A program made the translations under genes and the position numbers. Below are positions 1 to 13,200 of a stretch of 64,000 nt of DNA, piece after piece. Source of the stretch: Iphione sp. A-MEVVRFRX5 (Eukaryota). Positions within the stretch are counted from its first letter, which is position 1; each line of letters starts with the position of its first letter. Location of the stretch: positions 62,930,001 to 62,994,000 of the forward strand of contig OZ320316.1 in the NCBI GenBank assembly GCA_976226885.1. Direction: 5' to 3'. The notes under the pieces were generated by a model, which was given only the letters and a program-made list of their open reading frames with translations, searched no databases and was not told the origin of the DNA.

Positions 1-3000
1 TAGTATACTCAAGTCAAAGTACATGAGTTGTGCTGCGCTATTACTTGTGCATAATAGTGCTCACATTTCATTACCATATATTTCCCTCCTATTGCAAAGC
101 TATTTGATAGAAGTTCACCTTTTAAATGAACGGTGATCTGTGAAGGAACCCCGGGCCCGTGAGCCCGTGGACCGACTGAGTCGGTTCAATCTTACTGAAT
201 CACCCGGGTTTCAAATGAAAAATAATTTCACACACTGTTATAGAGTGGCAATTGAAGTACCATTGCGGGCAGTACTTTGTGTAGAGTAAATAGAACGTCA
301 CCTCTGCTGGCAGGCTTTCACCGATAGGGGTGATGTCACCGACAGGCTGTGATCATTTTTAAAGAAGCACCTTCTCTGATGTGGTGTACAATCTGTATAC
401 AAGAGCCAGTCACACCCGCCTCGCCCTTAACAATGCTACATATTCCTTGCTAAGTATTGGAAGATAAATTAATAAAAATAAATAAAATAAATCCAGATTG
501 AGACTGTTGAAAGGGGTTTGTAGCTCGTTCCACTCTTTATTATTATCTTTATTCTTTATTATTGGAAGATAAATTCAAAAAAGCTGATCTTCGTGGAGTT
601 GTGTTGCCTTGGGTTCGCTGTGCCTTGTATTTCAGGCAGTTAGGTATTTTGTCGTCCGTCCATATAATATTTTCTCTCGTCCAAAGCAAAGCTACGGCAG
701 TCAGAAGTACATGTATATGAACCGTGAATACTCTTGGTGTGTTGAATTCATTGTCTGTTGGACATTTTATCGTGAAATTCGGAAAGAATTCGGTTCAAAC
801 CAATAACAATGCCTGCACAGGTGTTGTGCAGATACACTTGGGGCATAGTTTTTGCCATAGCCCTCGACGTACGAGATTGAACAGGACTTCACGGCAAGTG
901 GGCACAAAAGTGATATTTTTCTGGCAGTGTACACGAGAGGGCTGTATAACCTTCGGTGTAACCATTGTATCTAATGAGATGCGAAACCCTTGCGCAAACA
1001 TGGAGCTTTACCTGCCGCCGGCGCCGGGCTTAACTAGGTTCGCGGATCCGTTGTGCACTATTGGAAATGGACTCTTGACGTGCTCCACGTGGAAATTGTT
1101 AAACAAACTGCTTTTTAGTTCGGAACAGATTTCGAAGTTGTGACTGGGTCTGGAGACAATGGCAAGGTTTTCCTCTCGAGTCCCAACACTAATGTGGCAC
1201 TGGATTAGTTAAGTACACTTACAAGTCCTGTTGGGGTGGTTTAGCTCTAGGCCCCACCTGAGACTACTTTCGGTGAAGTAAACATGAACCAAAGGGGCTT
1301 ACTTTTTCGTTTGTTAGGCATGAAAGCCAAACGATGTCGAGGTTTTCTTGTCGGCACTTACGCGCTTTACCCCAAATCCAAGTTTTCCTTGTAGTATCCC
1401 TTTTCCGTGCACACGTCAATGTTGTGATATGCAATACCTGGCTAATGAAGGTAGCTTTGTCATTTCAATTCGTTACTTGATCGCTGATGTCAATCTGTTT
1501 GACGTAAAAATATATGCTTATTCGTAGTCATGTGACCTTGCGAGGCGAAGCCGTGGCTGTCAGCGCGGGCCGTGTATACATGTATTTAGGAGAAGCGTGG
1601 CACACCTGGTCGATCGAACAGTGGGATCTGTCATCGAACAGTCACCGAACCTAGCCATTGAATATGGTGGTGAACATGAACTAGTGTTTCTATCCCCCCC
1701 CTCGCCACCCCCCCCCGTCCAATACTTCCCTTATGGCGTACTTCTTTCTGACTCATGTGACGTTGCCAGTAAGACTGAGACTGTGTGTAATGAATCGACG
1801 ATTGAATACAGTCCCCCAACTTGGCAGAAAGGAGGCACGGCTTGAAGGGAAACGCGGATTTCTGGTCATTTGGGGTGGTTGCTGGAATTGATCAAATATT
1901 GGTAAAACAGTGACATCACGGTGCATTAATCCTGAGACGCTGGCCAGCGTCCATGTTGGCATGCCCCTTGTCGGCACGCCTGCTGCCAACTGGGCATTAT
2001 CCTTTAACCTGCGGGGCCCTCCCCGCTGGACACTTGCACAGTCATGGCCGCTTCAACCCCAGTACCAACACTCCACTACAACAGGCCACCTTATATGTCT
2101 GCCCTGCGGACGCCTCCTTGGTAGTTCCTGGTGTCATTCCAGCCATCAGTGTCATATACACTGTGTTGCTGGCCATATTAACAGATCTGATTTCTCTTGA
2201 ATGGGAAGATAGTACCAAGAGGTTACTAGAACCTCACCTGTAGTAGCACCTCACTGGTCATCTAGGGTCACTGGGACTTCATTGACCGAACAGATCGATC
2301 CAGGGTCACCGGGTACTGTAGCGCACAGCGGCCAGATCCATAGAAAGAGAAATTGGTGGCCATTGATTGTACCTCCTCCTGGTGCTTACCCCTTGGGCGA
2401 CCACAGGAGTCATCAATCACTATCTAAATGCGGTTTTCGTCCATTTTGAACGGTATATTTGCACTAGATGTTCACCTGCAATTAAAGCCTGAATAAAGGT
2501 ACCACGGAAGGGGGCAGGATCCAGAAGCCAAGGACTGGTATGTGTGCGGTCATCCGTGTGCAAACCGCCCTCCTACGCCAGGTCTTTGTCGACGCGTCGG
2601 GACCAGAACCCATTGCTTTTCTTGGTTTAACACAAAATTTAATCTTTTTGATCGAGGTGGCAACAGTCGCAGCTGCCTCCCTAACTGGACCAGCCATAAC
2701 GCTAGAAAGTAGTCGATATATGTGAGAGCATGCCTGTCGCTTTATAGTAATTTTCATTTGATCAATTTTTAATCGTTAACCCACGGAAGACAATTTATAA
2801 TTGATTTTGTCCCATTTCATCCCTTGTGCCGTATCCAACATGCACTGTACTTCTTTGTGATCTACTTGGAGGACTGTAGGGATTTTTGGAACACCTGTAA
2901 TTCCTGGGGCTGCCTCCTTTGTGATACGTCTACTCTTATTTTTGTATTCTACACGTGTCCTTCGCCTGGCGCCCTCCCACCCTTTTCCTAACTGATCTGT

Positions 3001-3216
3001 AAGCAATACGATTACCTTGCCTCCTCCAGGATGAGTAGGCGCTTTTTGATCTAGCCGTGCCTGGCACACGCTGAGATGAGGCCAGCTGCGCGAGATGTTC
3101 CTCTAGTATGGCGCCATGTGGCGCCCCCTGTGAGGGTCACCTCCAGCTAGCTTCAGTAGGAGCCATTTCAACCCCCCCCCACAAGCTCCTGCGCCCTACC
3201 GCTACTCTCATGCGCG

Positions 3217-3291
3217 CACACACACACACACTCACTCACTCACTCACTCACTCACTCACTCACTCACTCACTCACTCACTCACTCACTCAC
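3217..3291. repeat. Compound microsatellite (CA)n(CACT)n
   Basis: Directly visible. Confidence 0.97.
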
Positions 3292-4001
3292 GTCTATATA
3301 TGTACATACGTCCGTCCCTCTGCTTTTCGCAGAGGAAGGTCGTCAACCATCGATCGGTACCCAGTCAACAGTCAACCGGCTGGTTGTATAGCTGGTATTC
3401 TGAAATCAGCCACCACGATTCCTGTCATTAAAAGCGATTCATTTCAACTAACCCAAGGTCTGTACCGGTGACACACCTAGAATGTATAGCAGCGCCTTTA
3501 ACAAGAAAAGTTAATCTTTATTATAATCGATCGTCTCAAATGTATGGGCGTCGTTCGGAGATGCGTATATCTTCCTTAGCTGGCAAAGATTTCCAATTAG
3601 CGTCAGATGTTCAAGTTGGGGGTGCACTGTTAAACGCTGTCTGTGCACGGATGCCAGCCCACTTTGATTGGTACATCTGCCCCTGTGTCCCATGCCAGCG
3701 TGAATGGCCACCCGTTATAGGCTCCGTTGAGAGGTTTGCGTGTATGTAGGCCTGGGGTGAGGACGGAACGGTCACTGGCGCGTACACCGGCTTGCATGTC
3801 AGTAATGGTCTGCAGAGCTAAAGGGACATTTAGGCGGAGGCGGGGGCGCCCTCAAAAGAGACACTCATGCGGAACGGGAGGGGGGGAGGGGCACAGGACC
3901 CAGTCCTTTATCTCATACATTCAATTCCTACAGACAAGCTTTCTTTAAAATCTTCAACATCAAACGACTAAGATGACTGTAATATTGAGGAGGACATCGA
4001 A

Positions 4002-4038
4002 TAACGTACTTGTTTGCTTTGTTCTATTTCAGGTGAGT
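4002..4038 (+). other. Candidate recursive splice site RS1 (3'SS immediately followed by 5'SS)
   Basis: taac-gta-cttgtttgctttgttctatttc-AG|GTGAGT; AG at 4031-4032. Confidence 0.65.
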
Positions 4039-4993
4039 CTTGTGATCTATCTGGTATCTTTGCTGTCTGCCGCCACGACCTTCTCCGCTCCTATCACCAG
4101 GTAAAGTAGGTCGTCTCAGACGGCACCGTCCGCCGTTCAGAGCAGTAAAAGCCGGGCTGGGCGTGGTTGTCAAGATCACAAGATCACAGTCGTCTCGGGC
4201 CTCTGGAAGCGGGCTGTCCACGCGTCACGGTGCTTCCAAAGCGAAGCCCTCTCGTCCGACTCACACCCCCAACAACCTCCATCACCCCGCCACCCATTGA
4301 TACAAACACCAAACTTACCCGTTCGTACCATCCACAAATTGTGGCTTCGTGACCGGGTAGTGCTGGGTGACTTTTCCCACGTTAGGTATTATTGATAGGC
4401 CTACCCACATACATAAAATGGGGATGTCCCGCAGGCGTAGAATTGCTATTGTAATACGCAAAGTGATGCATAGATTAACCGTTTTTTTTAACCTTATGGT
4501 GGATGGCCAATTGTACATGTCCCAAAGATCAAAGCAAGTTGCACCATTTAGCATAATTTAGTAATTCTGAAGTGTGACTTGATCCAGCAGCACCGATATA
4601 CGATGGGGTCGCTTATAAGCAGCTATTTTACCGTCTTTTTTACAGTCAAAAAAACTAACCTGTCCATGTAGAACACATAAAACACATGGGGTCCACGCGA
4701 TTGACCTCCAGGCTTATTTCGATCAGTTTTATTTGACAGTACATGCATACATTCGGAAGGAAAGAGAGAGAAAAGTTGAGAGAAATATACTGAGTCACCC
4801 TTCCTCGTCCTTCCTCTGACTGAAGTGATATGATAAACAGGTATGAATGCTAAGTTGCTTCGTTGTTCTATATTTAGTACTTTTTGTTATCGTTGCTATG
4901 GCAATCACTGGTGCCCCCTCATCCTCCCCCAGCCTTTCTCCTTGAAGCGTTGGATGGGGGCGGTTTATAAGAGCTGTTGATTATTGACGAATA

Positions 4994-5008
4994 TGGCGGC
5001 CTTTGATC
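4994..5008 (+). promoter_or_regulatory. Candidate composite TCF site (helper + HMG)
   Basis: TGGCGGC (rc GCCGCCA helper) abutting CTTTGATC (CCTTTGATC with the shared C). Confidence 0.35.
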
Positions 5009-7096
5009 TCACATCTTCTACCTGTCATACCATGCTGAACCTTGCCAAGCTAAGGTGAGATGTACCGCCTGTACCACGCTGGGTCGCTTAACCTGGCGAC
5101 GATGGAGCCAACCCGTTGCCATGGTGACCGTGACGCTGGCGAAGCCGTCATCTCTAGTTGGTGGGGAGGGGGAGGGGTGTGTTGGTACCTGGGTGCATGT
5201 GCAGAGGTCAACCTCTCGGCCCGGGATAGCAGCAGTACCATTGCACTCTCGTGCCCTCCATTGTATGTGCTTCCAGCACGAGTTGTACCACACTTCTGCA
5301 CGATATGCATGCGCCTGCCTGCCTTGCCTACCTGAAGGGTCCTATAGTTGACCACGACCCTCCAAGTTTCGCTCAGTCCTCAAAGTTCCTCTGAAGAGGA
5401 CGTATTTTAACGGAGTGCTGGTCAAAGCAGGCCTGAAGATAAGTGGAACTACTTCATAGGGGGTACCAAAACGCTGGCGATTTTTTCCCTGCTTTGTGTG
5501 TTTTTGCCACCATTGATTCCGCACTTTTCCGGTGGGCTGGTGAAATAATTAGCCCCCTAAGGCATTGATCGCGCCTCTAACGGTGATAGCAAACGTCGCT
5601 TATTACCCCCTTCAGAAATGGACAAAGGGAATCGTGCGGTTTTCTTGTCGAGATGGAAATGTCTGATATTTCCTGTCTCACCCGTTCGAACCTCGTCCCA
5701 TGCCATGCGTGCGTTCACATATTTCTGATATGGACAAAAACTGCACCGCCGACCCTCTCGCCCATCTTGTCGGCCGCGTCCTTTGGCCTCAGCGCTTGGC
5801 CGTACCGCCCCAATCTTGAGGACCGCCGCCCTAACTACCAACTATGTCAATCATCTGCTACCTTTTCTATGTGTCCACCTTCCTTTCGTGGTTTTAGTGT
5901 CTTTTGTTGATGCATATTCGAGTACCGCTAGAGGAAGAACATTTTCGCCTCGTACCTAAACTGGCGTCTATCGTTTATATAGCTTCGTGTGACTTACATA
6001 AACGGACGCTTTTACTGCAGACTACAAGATCTATACGCGCTCCCTTTGTCGTTTGTTTTCTCTGAAATTGCTCGTCACGGTGACAATTGGAAGGAAACAA
6101 TTACCAGGGCAGGGCTCATTGCAAGCAGGCCTGCACGTGGACCATAACTTCTGACCCAAATATCTGCCGACCATTCGGCCATGGCAGGTATGCTACGTCT
6201 AGAAAATGCTTCCATTGATACATTTTTGGCGCAGGACTCACAAAAAGGAAGTGTGCGCATTGTGACGACATCTGATGGTCCTACCTGACTACGCTACCTG
6301 AATGGCGGCCGATGTTATCGGCTTGAGATTCATCAGCGGTGCCATTCTATCCTTTTCTGGAAGAGGTAGGGTATTTAGTGGCGTTAGATCACGCAGGTGC
6401 AGCTCTGAAGAGAGGGAGAGACTCGTTCGAACGAAACGTTGGCGTGTATGCGTCATTGGCACGAGTGCAGTATGTAGTACTTATGTGCTGGTCACCTGGT
6501 ACCTGTTCGGCCCGAGTACAAACCCAGTAACCATCGTCGCTGTTATTTCTTTCTTGGCAAGAGCCGTAGCCTACGTGAGGTCATGACCCCGGGACCAGAC
6601 CGGACGTGGACGCAAAGGGAGGGGGCTGATGATGACAGGCCAGCGTAACCAGAACAGCCGGGTCTTTCAGCAAGCATAGGTTAGGCATCAATATTGAACA
6701 AGCACAGACGACTCGTGGGCTGAGCACGTCGAAACCGAATGAATAAGAGCCAAAATGAGAATCTCTTTGAAGTGGAGCGGATTGAACAAAGAGGCTTCTT
6801 GGTGGAATTCGGAATACGTGACCGCACTGTGCTATGAATCGTTGTCACGTGACTCAATGCCACGGCATTACTGCCGTCGCATATCGGGTATGGATTCGAC
6901 CAGAATTGGGAAAGAATGGACAGTGTGGGTGATGCACATGCAACGAACATAACACCACTTGTTCAAAATAGAAATGATGGGCGTTGTTTTGATGTCAGCG
7001 AGTGGAAGATATTATATACACATACACGTGTAAATGCACATGTATTCCAACTCCCTTTACAACAGACAGCTTCATTTCTATAGATTTTTTTTTTAC

Positions 7097-7255
7097 NNNN
7101 NNNNNNNNNNNNNNNNNNNNNNNNNNNNNNNNNNNNNNNNNNNNNNNNNNNNNNNNNNNNNNNNNNNNNNNNNNNNNNNNNNNNNNNNNNNNNNNNNNNN
7201 NNNNNNNNNNNNNNNNNNNNNNNNNNNNNNNNNNNNNNNNNNNNNNNNNNNNNNN
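7097..7255. other. Assembly gap (N)
   Basis: 159 N. Confidence 1.
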
Positions 7256-10200
7256 ATATCCTTGTTGCCTTGGATCTGCTCCCCCGCCGCCTGGGCAGCA
7301 TGTGTAGAACTGATGGTTGTAACTGAATCGTCCTCTCGGGTTTGGCTTGGAAGAGCCCTTTAACTGCGTGGAGAAAAGCGAGACGTTTTCCACAGGTGTC
7401 TCTGGTTAGTGGTCACTGGTGGGGAAATGATGGGTCGCCAGTCAGAGTAACTGCAGACGTGCTTCTGTCCGTCTAGTTTACCACCCAGGATTGGTTTTGT
7501 GCCATTTAAACTGCCAGTTAGAATTCCATGTACTCAGGTCCCTAATACCCAACGATAACCATCCCCCCCATCCCACCACCACCAGGGACACACGTCCTCA
7601 CTGCAAGATTGAACCTACTGTCAGGAAAGAAGATACTTAAGTACCACGACTAGCAAGTATATGAAGCAGGTTACGTGTGCTTTTGATATGGGAAGATCCT
7701 TAGCCAGGGCTGCTTGGTAGTGGGAAAGTTGGGTCTGATGTTAGATACATAGTAACACACCTACGCCTGCTGGATCGGCAGACACGCCCATAGCGCGAGT
7801 GTGTGGCAACCAGGCGCTGTTGTGTGGCTTCCACGAATGTCTCCCAGCTGGGTCGCGTCTTCTAGAGAGGTTGCGTTCAGAACTCCTCCAAAACACAACC
7901 AAAAACATTCATTGCTTTAAAAATCATGGTTTTCTTATCAGTCGGGTGTGCAACAGAATACACTGGCGAATTCCGATATCGCCATAGGCGCCAAGTGAAT
8001 GGGTTGGTCGGAGTCGGTCACCCGTAAAGGCACCCCCCTCAGGCCCTGTGCTGATAGAGGAAGGGCCCACAGCATGTGCCCTGACCCCGTCCCTGGCCGT
8101 GGCTGGGAATGACTGGGAGTTAGATCATTGTTCGAATAGGAGAAGACCCCTCTCTCCTTCTGCCTCTATTTCGCCGTGATGAATATGTCACAAGACATGA
8201 TGGACCGCATGTAGAACCTTCGGTTTCAATTTTGTCCTAGCCCGCTCCAGAAACATATAGAACAGACTGATTAGACTATGCAGGTTAGAACGAATACAAA
8301 AGGTTGACGTTGTTGCGGCGGGGTTGTAGATATTTGGGATTAGAGCATTCGGAAAGATCTGAACGTTTCAAAAGAAGGCCGATGTGTGCGTCGATTAAAT
8401 CCTTACCCCGCGAATAGTGGGGAGCAATTATAAAGGCCAACTTTATCCGTTTGGCTTAAAATGCCGCCGTATCCGGTCCATCTACAGAGCTAATTTGTGT
8501 TAAGGATTTTACTCAGCCGGACGACGCTCTCTATACATTTCATTCCGGCTGGCAATCCTGTCTTATTAAAGGTCATTAGTGTACGTAGGTGTGTGGGCGT
8601 GTTCAAAGTTAGGTAGGCGATAAGGTTTCTGTCGCTCTCCCTCCTTGTCTAGGGGGTGACTTTTATGTCTGATTTTTTTAGTTGGAGCTATTCTGTCTCG
8701 AATAGTCGTCCGCAAGTTTGCCACTTGAATCCTGTAAACACCAGTAGCTGTTGTAGATCTCCGGTTTGTTTCCTGTATCCACACAGTGCGGTGGTCTTCA
8801 GTTCTCCTGCCGCCTTTTTATGTGATCAGTGGATTTTTCCGGTTTATACTCACAACTGGTATGGAGGTCAGTATGCTGGCAACAATAAAGGGAAGGAAAT
8901 CAACTGAGTTGATTTAATGACTGCTATACATAGTTGTGGCAGTCAGTCTTTCTAATAAGTACACGTCTAATATACGACCTCGGGACGATGTATAGTTATA
9001 AACTATATACAATGTACACTATCTCTACCTGCTTGTAATTATTATAAAATCTTCATTTATAAATTGATGATTTGTGACCCACCTTAAAATAGATGGTATT
9101 TGACATCAATTTTTGATAACTGGAGACATTTTTAGGTAACGTTCTAAAAATAATATCAAGCAGTCCCAATATCTAACCCAGTGTAAGTTGGTCGCAAAGC
9201 AAAATTTCGATCAAATATATACATAAATGTATATTTCATTCGATGGTGTTCATTTCTAAATTCTCAGATACCAAACATTTTTAGGATAATCAAGCAGAAA
9301 ATGAACACGTCCTTTACCTGTTAGTCGTATTTTTATTAGTTTAGAATGCAGCACTCTTTCAAATGCTATTAAATATATACCTATGACTTTGGCCAAATCA
9401 TTGCGACTTTCCAGGATGGAGTCACTTTGGGCAGTTCGTTGAGCTGTGGTCAGTCGAAATCAAGAGGGATGTTTATTATTAGACAGCAGCCTACCAGACC
9501 TATACCGGTCTATCACAGGGCTAATCCTGGCCGTATGTGGCACCAATAAAAATGTATTGATTCAAGAACCAGCCATAGAGACGCTATCTCTCAGTAATTC
9601 ACCCACTTTGATGGTTTAGTTGTAACGTAGTCAAACCATAACACCTCAGTACACGTACACCTTGGTTCCTGTAGCTGAAAAAAGTAACGGATGTGGCGTT
9701 GTAGTTAACAACGCCCTCAACAGTCTTGAGGTTATTGCAGACAGGCGACAGACAGATTTGCCTTCAAACATTGACCAACACATAACAAATTCTCAAGAAA
9801 AATCATCACAGAATATCAAGAAGTATCAAACGACAGTTATTATGTATACATGTACATATGTCATCGTTATGACGAACATGCTTGAAGCTCTTCCGTGCGC
9901 AAATTGTCGGTACCCCTCTAACGGTAGCGATGATTACGAAGTGGATGTCATTTGAGGCCCGTATACAAAAATAATACGTGTTTTCAAATCTATGGCCCGA
10001 CACATCCACCCATACAGTTGATACCGAGTTCTGTCTTCAGTGCTGAGCTGTTCAAGCCTATGCAAGTAATGCCGAAGTATGGCAATGCTAACGGAACTCA
10101 AATTCCAAACCATGTCAGTCTTTTAAAATAGTTTCGCACGTCTTCATCTAACTGGGCCATTAGATTGAAGTTGTAAGATTAAAGGGTGTAAGAAGTGAAA

Positions 10201-13200
10201 TGTTTCCTCTGTATATGACAGTCTCGAATACGGAGCCATCAACAGCAATAGGAGCCTGAAAATGTGTGTCAGGCATTAGATGTAGATGTGTAAATGGCGG
10301 GAGAGCTAGACGGAAAAATAGAACCAGAGAGAGCACCGCCACCCATTTATAAAGCTTTATAGTCAACCTTTTCTAAAGATCATATTTCTCGCTTATAGGT
10401 CGGGTCTCTTTGGGTTGTCAGTCATTCCGTAGAATGGCGGCTTTCATAGGTAACAGCGCTTTTAGCGAACGCATTAAAGGTTTATCCAATCTGTGCCCAG
10501 TGACTTTCAAAGCGCCGTGGGTATTGAGAAGGGACCAGCTCAGTGCCTTTCATGCGTGCATTTGTTGGGGTAACTTGACTCCATGTCTTTCAGAGGTTCG
10601 CAGTGTCTTTTGACGCAGACGACTTTTTAATCGCGGCGTAGTCTCATAGAATGGCGAAGAGTGGAGGTTTTCCGTGTCCAGTTTGAGTGAATTACATGGA
10701 CATGCAGCGAGACCGGAGCCTTGCTCATGTACCTCACCGCTCAGTCGACAATCAGTGGCCGTGCATGTGGCACAGTGGGAGCTCTCGTCCCATTATAGAA
10801 CTCCACATTCAGTCGGCAGAAAATAAGTTATTTTTTACTATGATACTTTTTCTGCTTCAGACAATTTTAACGTCTTCCAGCAGAAATACTGTACCGACAG
10901 AAATGGAATGCGTCGTGCGTCACAGAGCAGAAGAGAAAGTTTGAAGCTCCTTACGATTGACAGCCAATTAAATTTCTTGCGTACAGTTTTATTCTGTTTA
11001 TTCTGTTTATTTTACAGCACCACATATATGCAATAGCAAACTGGACAGTACGTGATGGCTCCCCTCCACTAGGTACTGGGGAACAGCAGGAATGCACAGG
11101 ACATAAAGGTTCTTGCTTTTACTGCTCTACAAAGTATTGTGTTACTCCCTGCATTTGATAAGACGGTTGAAAAGGGAAAGAGGATCCCATTCATCACGAT
11201 ATTGAAGCGAATGAAGGAGGAAGTCCTGTCCTTGAACCCGATTTTACATCACCATCTTTTCAATAGCTTGAGTGTAATAACGTTGTCTGAATTGTAATGG
11301 CCACGTTACATAAAGGGAAATACACTTAGCTTTGATAGCGTTAGTGTCGTTGGATTACAGTGTTCACGTTTCTACATTTTGCGATAGTAAGTCGAGACTT
11401 GAATATATAAACAGTAAAACTATTAGCTGGCCTCATTCAGTTCGGGTCGCGTTAGTGATTGTAGCATGTGTTTTTTTTGTAGTAAAGAGTCCGTCCGTTG
11501 GACCCCCTGCTGTTTACTGTTGCTCATCACTTCCAGACACTGCGCTTATTGCCTCCATACTGCACGCTGGGGCAGCCGGAACAGTAGGCGGGGATTCTGC
11601 CATGGGAATCAAGAGGGCACACCGTACATTGACCTATGCCACTCAGCTAGTAGACCAACAGGAATAGTAACAAGTGATTTCAGGCAGTCATGGATTCTTG
11701 AAGAGTGACTCTGATTTCACCTAATATAACCAAAATTGTCGGGGGTGGGGCGGAGGCTAGTTATCTGGACTTATGTAGAGGAAAAGGAAAGCAGTGTTAA
11801 CATCTTAATATTACCCTCCACTTTATGCATTATGCTTACCAAAACAGTCAGATGTTCAGTGAATTTTCCCCCTGGCGTTCGTGTTGACACCTTCACTTGT
11901 ATCGATTAAAGTGACATCGTTCTGTATCAGAAGGTCGCGTTTTGGTAATTCTGGATTTTGTAACCCCTTTTACCGTGAACGTAGTTAGGACCTACGGACA
12001 CTCACTACCCAAGACATGTGTGCGTAAAACGCCGATGACTCGAAAAAGGAACCTGCTACAGGGTCCAGGTATAGCGAGGTCCCCTCAATAGCGTCTGATT
12101 AGCTCCCATCAACAGCTCGATATCGAAGAACTTCTTTTTTCATTTATCATTTTTTATATTATTTTGTACGGAGCATGCTAACATTGAAAGGGGAAAAGGA
12201 CCCACCATTGGGTGCATAAGTATTTGCCCATGTACCTTGCGGGCCGCTTAATATATGTCTGGCGGGCCTAGAAGTTATATGTAACGTCAGTCAGTATTAT
12301 GTGGTGTTAAGTATTAAGCGAGTTGTGCAATGTTTACTTGGAGGAATTATCGGTAGAGCATCGGATGGTCCCAAAGCAATTATCATGATTATCGATGTAA
12401 TCTTCGCGACAGTTAGCACATAAACATGTACCGATCTCCATCGCTTTGGTCGTCTGATTTCCTCGCTCAACCGTACCACGCAATAAACAGACTCCGCCTT
12501 TGCACCGATTGAGACCCACGAGCATCAAGCGTACATTCCACACAAACAGGTCTTTCTTCCTTGATTTTCCATATTTCACCGTACCATGACCCTCTGATAG
12601 TATATATTTATTATGTATATATATGTACTAAATATAGAGAAAGGTTGGTATTCGATGTCAAGCCTCGCTGGACGACCCGAGCTGTAATTGTTCTATTAAA
12701 TTGTTAAATGGTCGCTTTAAATAAGAGTTTATTGCTGCCCCGATAAGCGAGCCCTCTAGCGGTGGCGGTGTGCGGGTGGGTCCATCAACTGTCATGGCCC
12801 TGACACTAACGGGTGGTCACTAATTTGAAAGTCAGCCCAATCAGAGCATGTCCTGTAGCATGGGTGCCCCGTCGGTCACATAGAGTTAATGACAGCTAAG
12901 CTCATTGTGCACTTCTGGGTAAAATCGATGGGCAACATGCAGACGGGCTTTCACCATGGCTGACATCGTGCGATATCTTCAACATGTCTGGCACACCTCG
13001 GCATCTCTGACACCGGACACCCAGTGTTTCTAGTGGCTTTAGAGGTTCTGTTTGTTTTTACTCCCAAAAGTATTTTACACAGCGTCCATGTTTTTTTTTA
13101 TGTAGGCGGAAATTTGTGCCTGGGAAGGTAGACAGACACGATTAGGACCAATATATGCAAAGAAATTTGTATTCATTGCGACTCATCTGAAGTTATGAAA

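Noticed and set aside
147-210. Short palindromes (ACCGACT-G-AGTCGGT at 171-185; others at 21773-90, 22901-16, 34504-39)
   Set aside because: 7-9 bp stems are expected by chance at this window size and none extends to a pre-miRNA-like hairpin.
600-1450. Possible decayed transposase on the minus strand (EKGY..VPTRKPR)
   Set aside because: Multiple stops and no coherent DDE motif set.
8600-8690. IRHKSHPLDKEGERQKPYRLP, similar to the gypsy protease-RT linker
   Set aside because: No RT motifs follow in any frame; too short to call.
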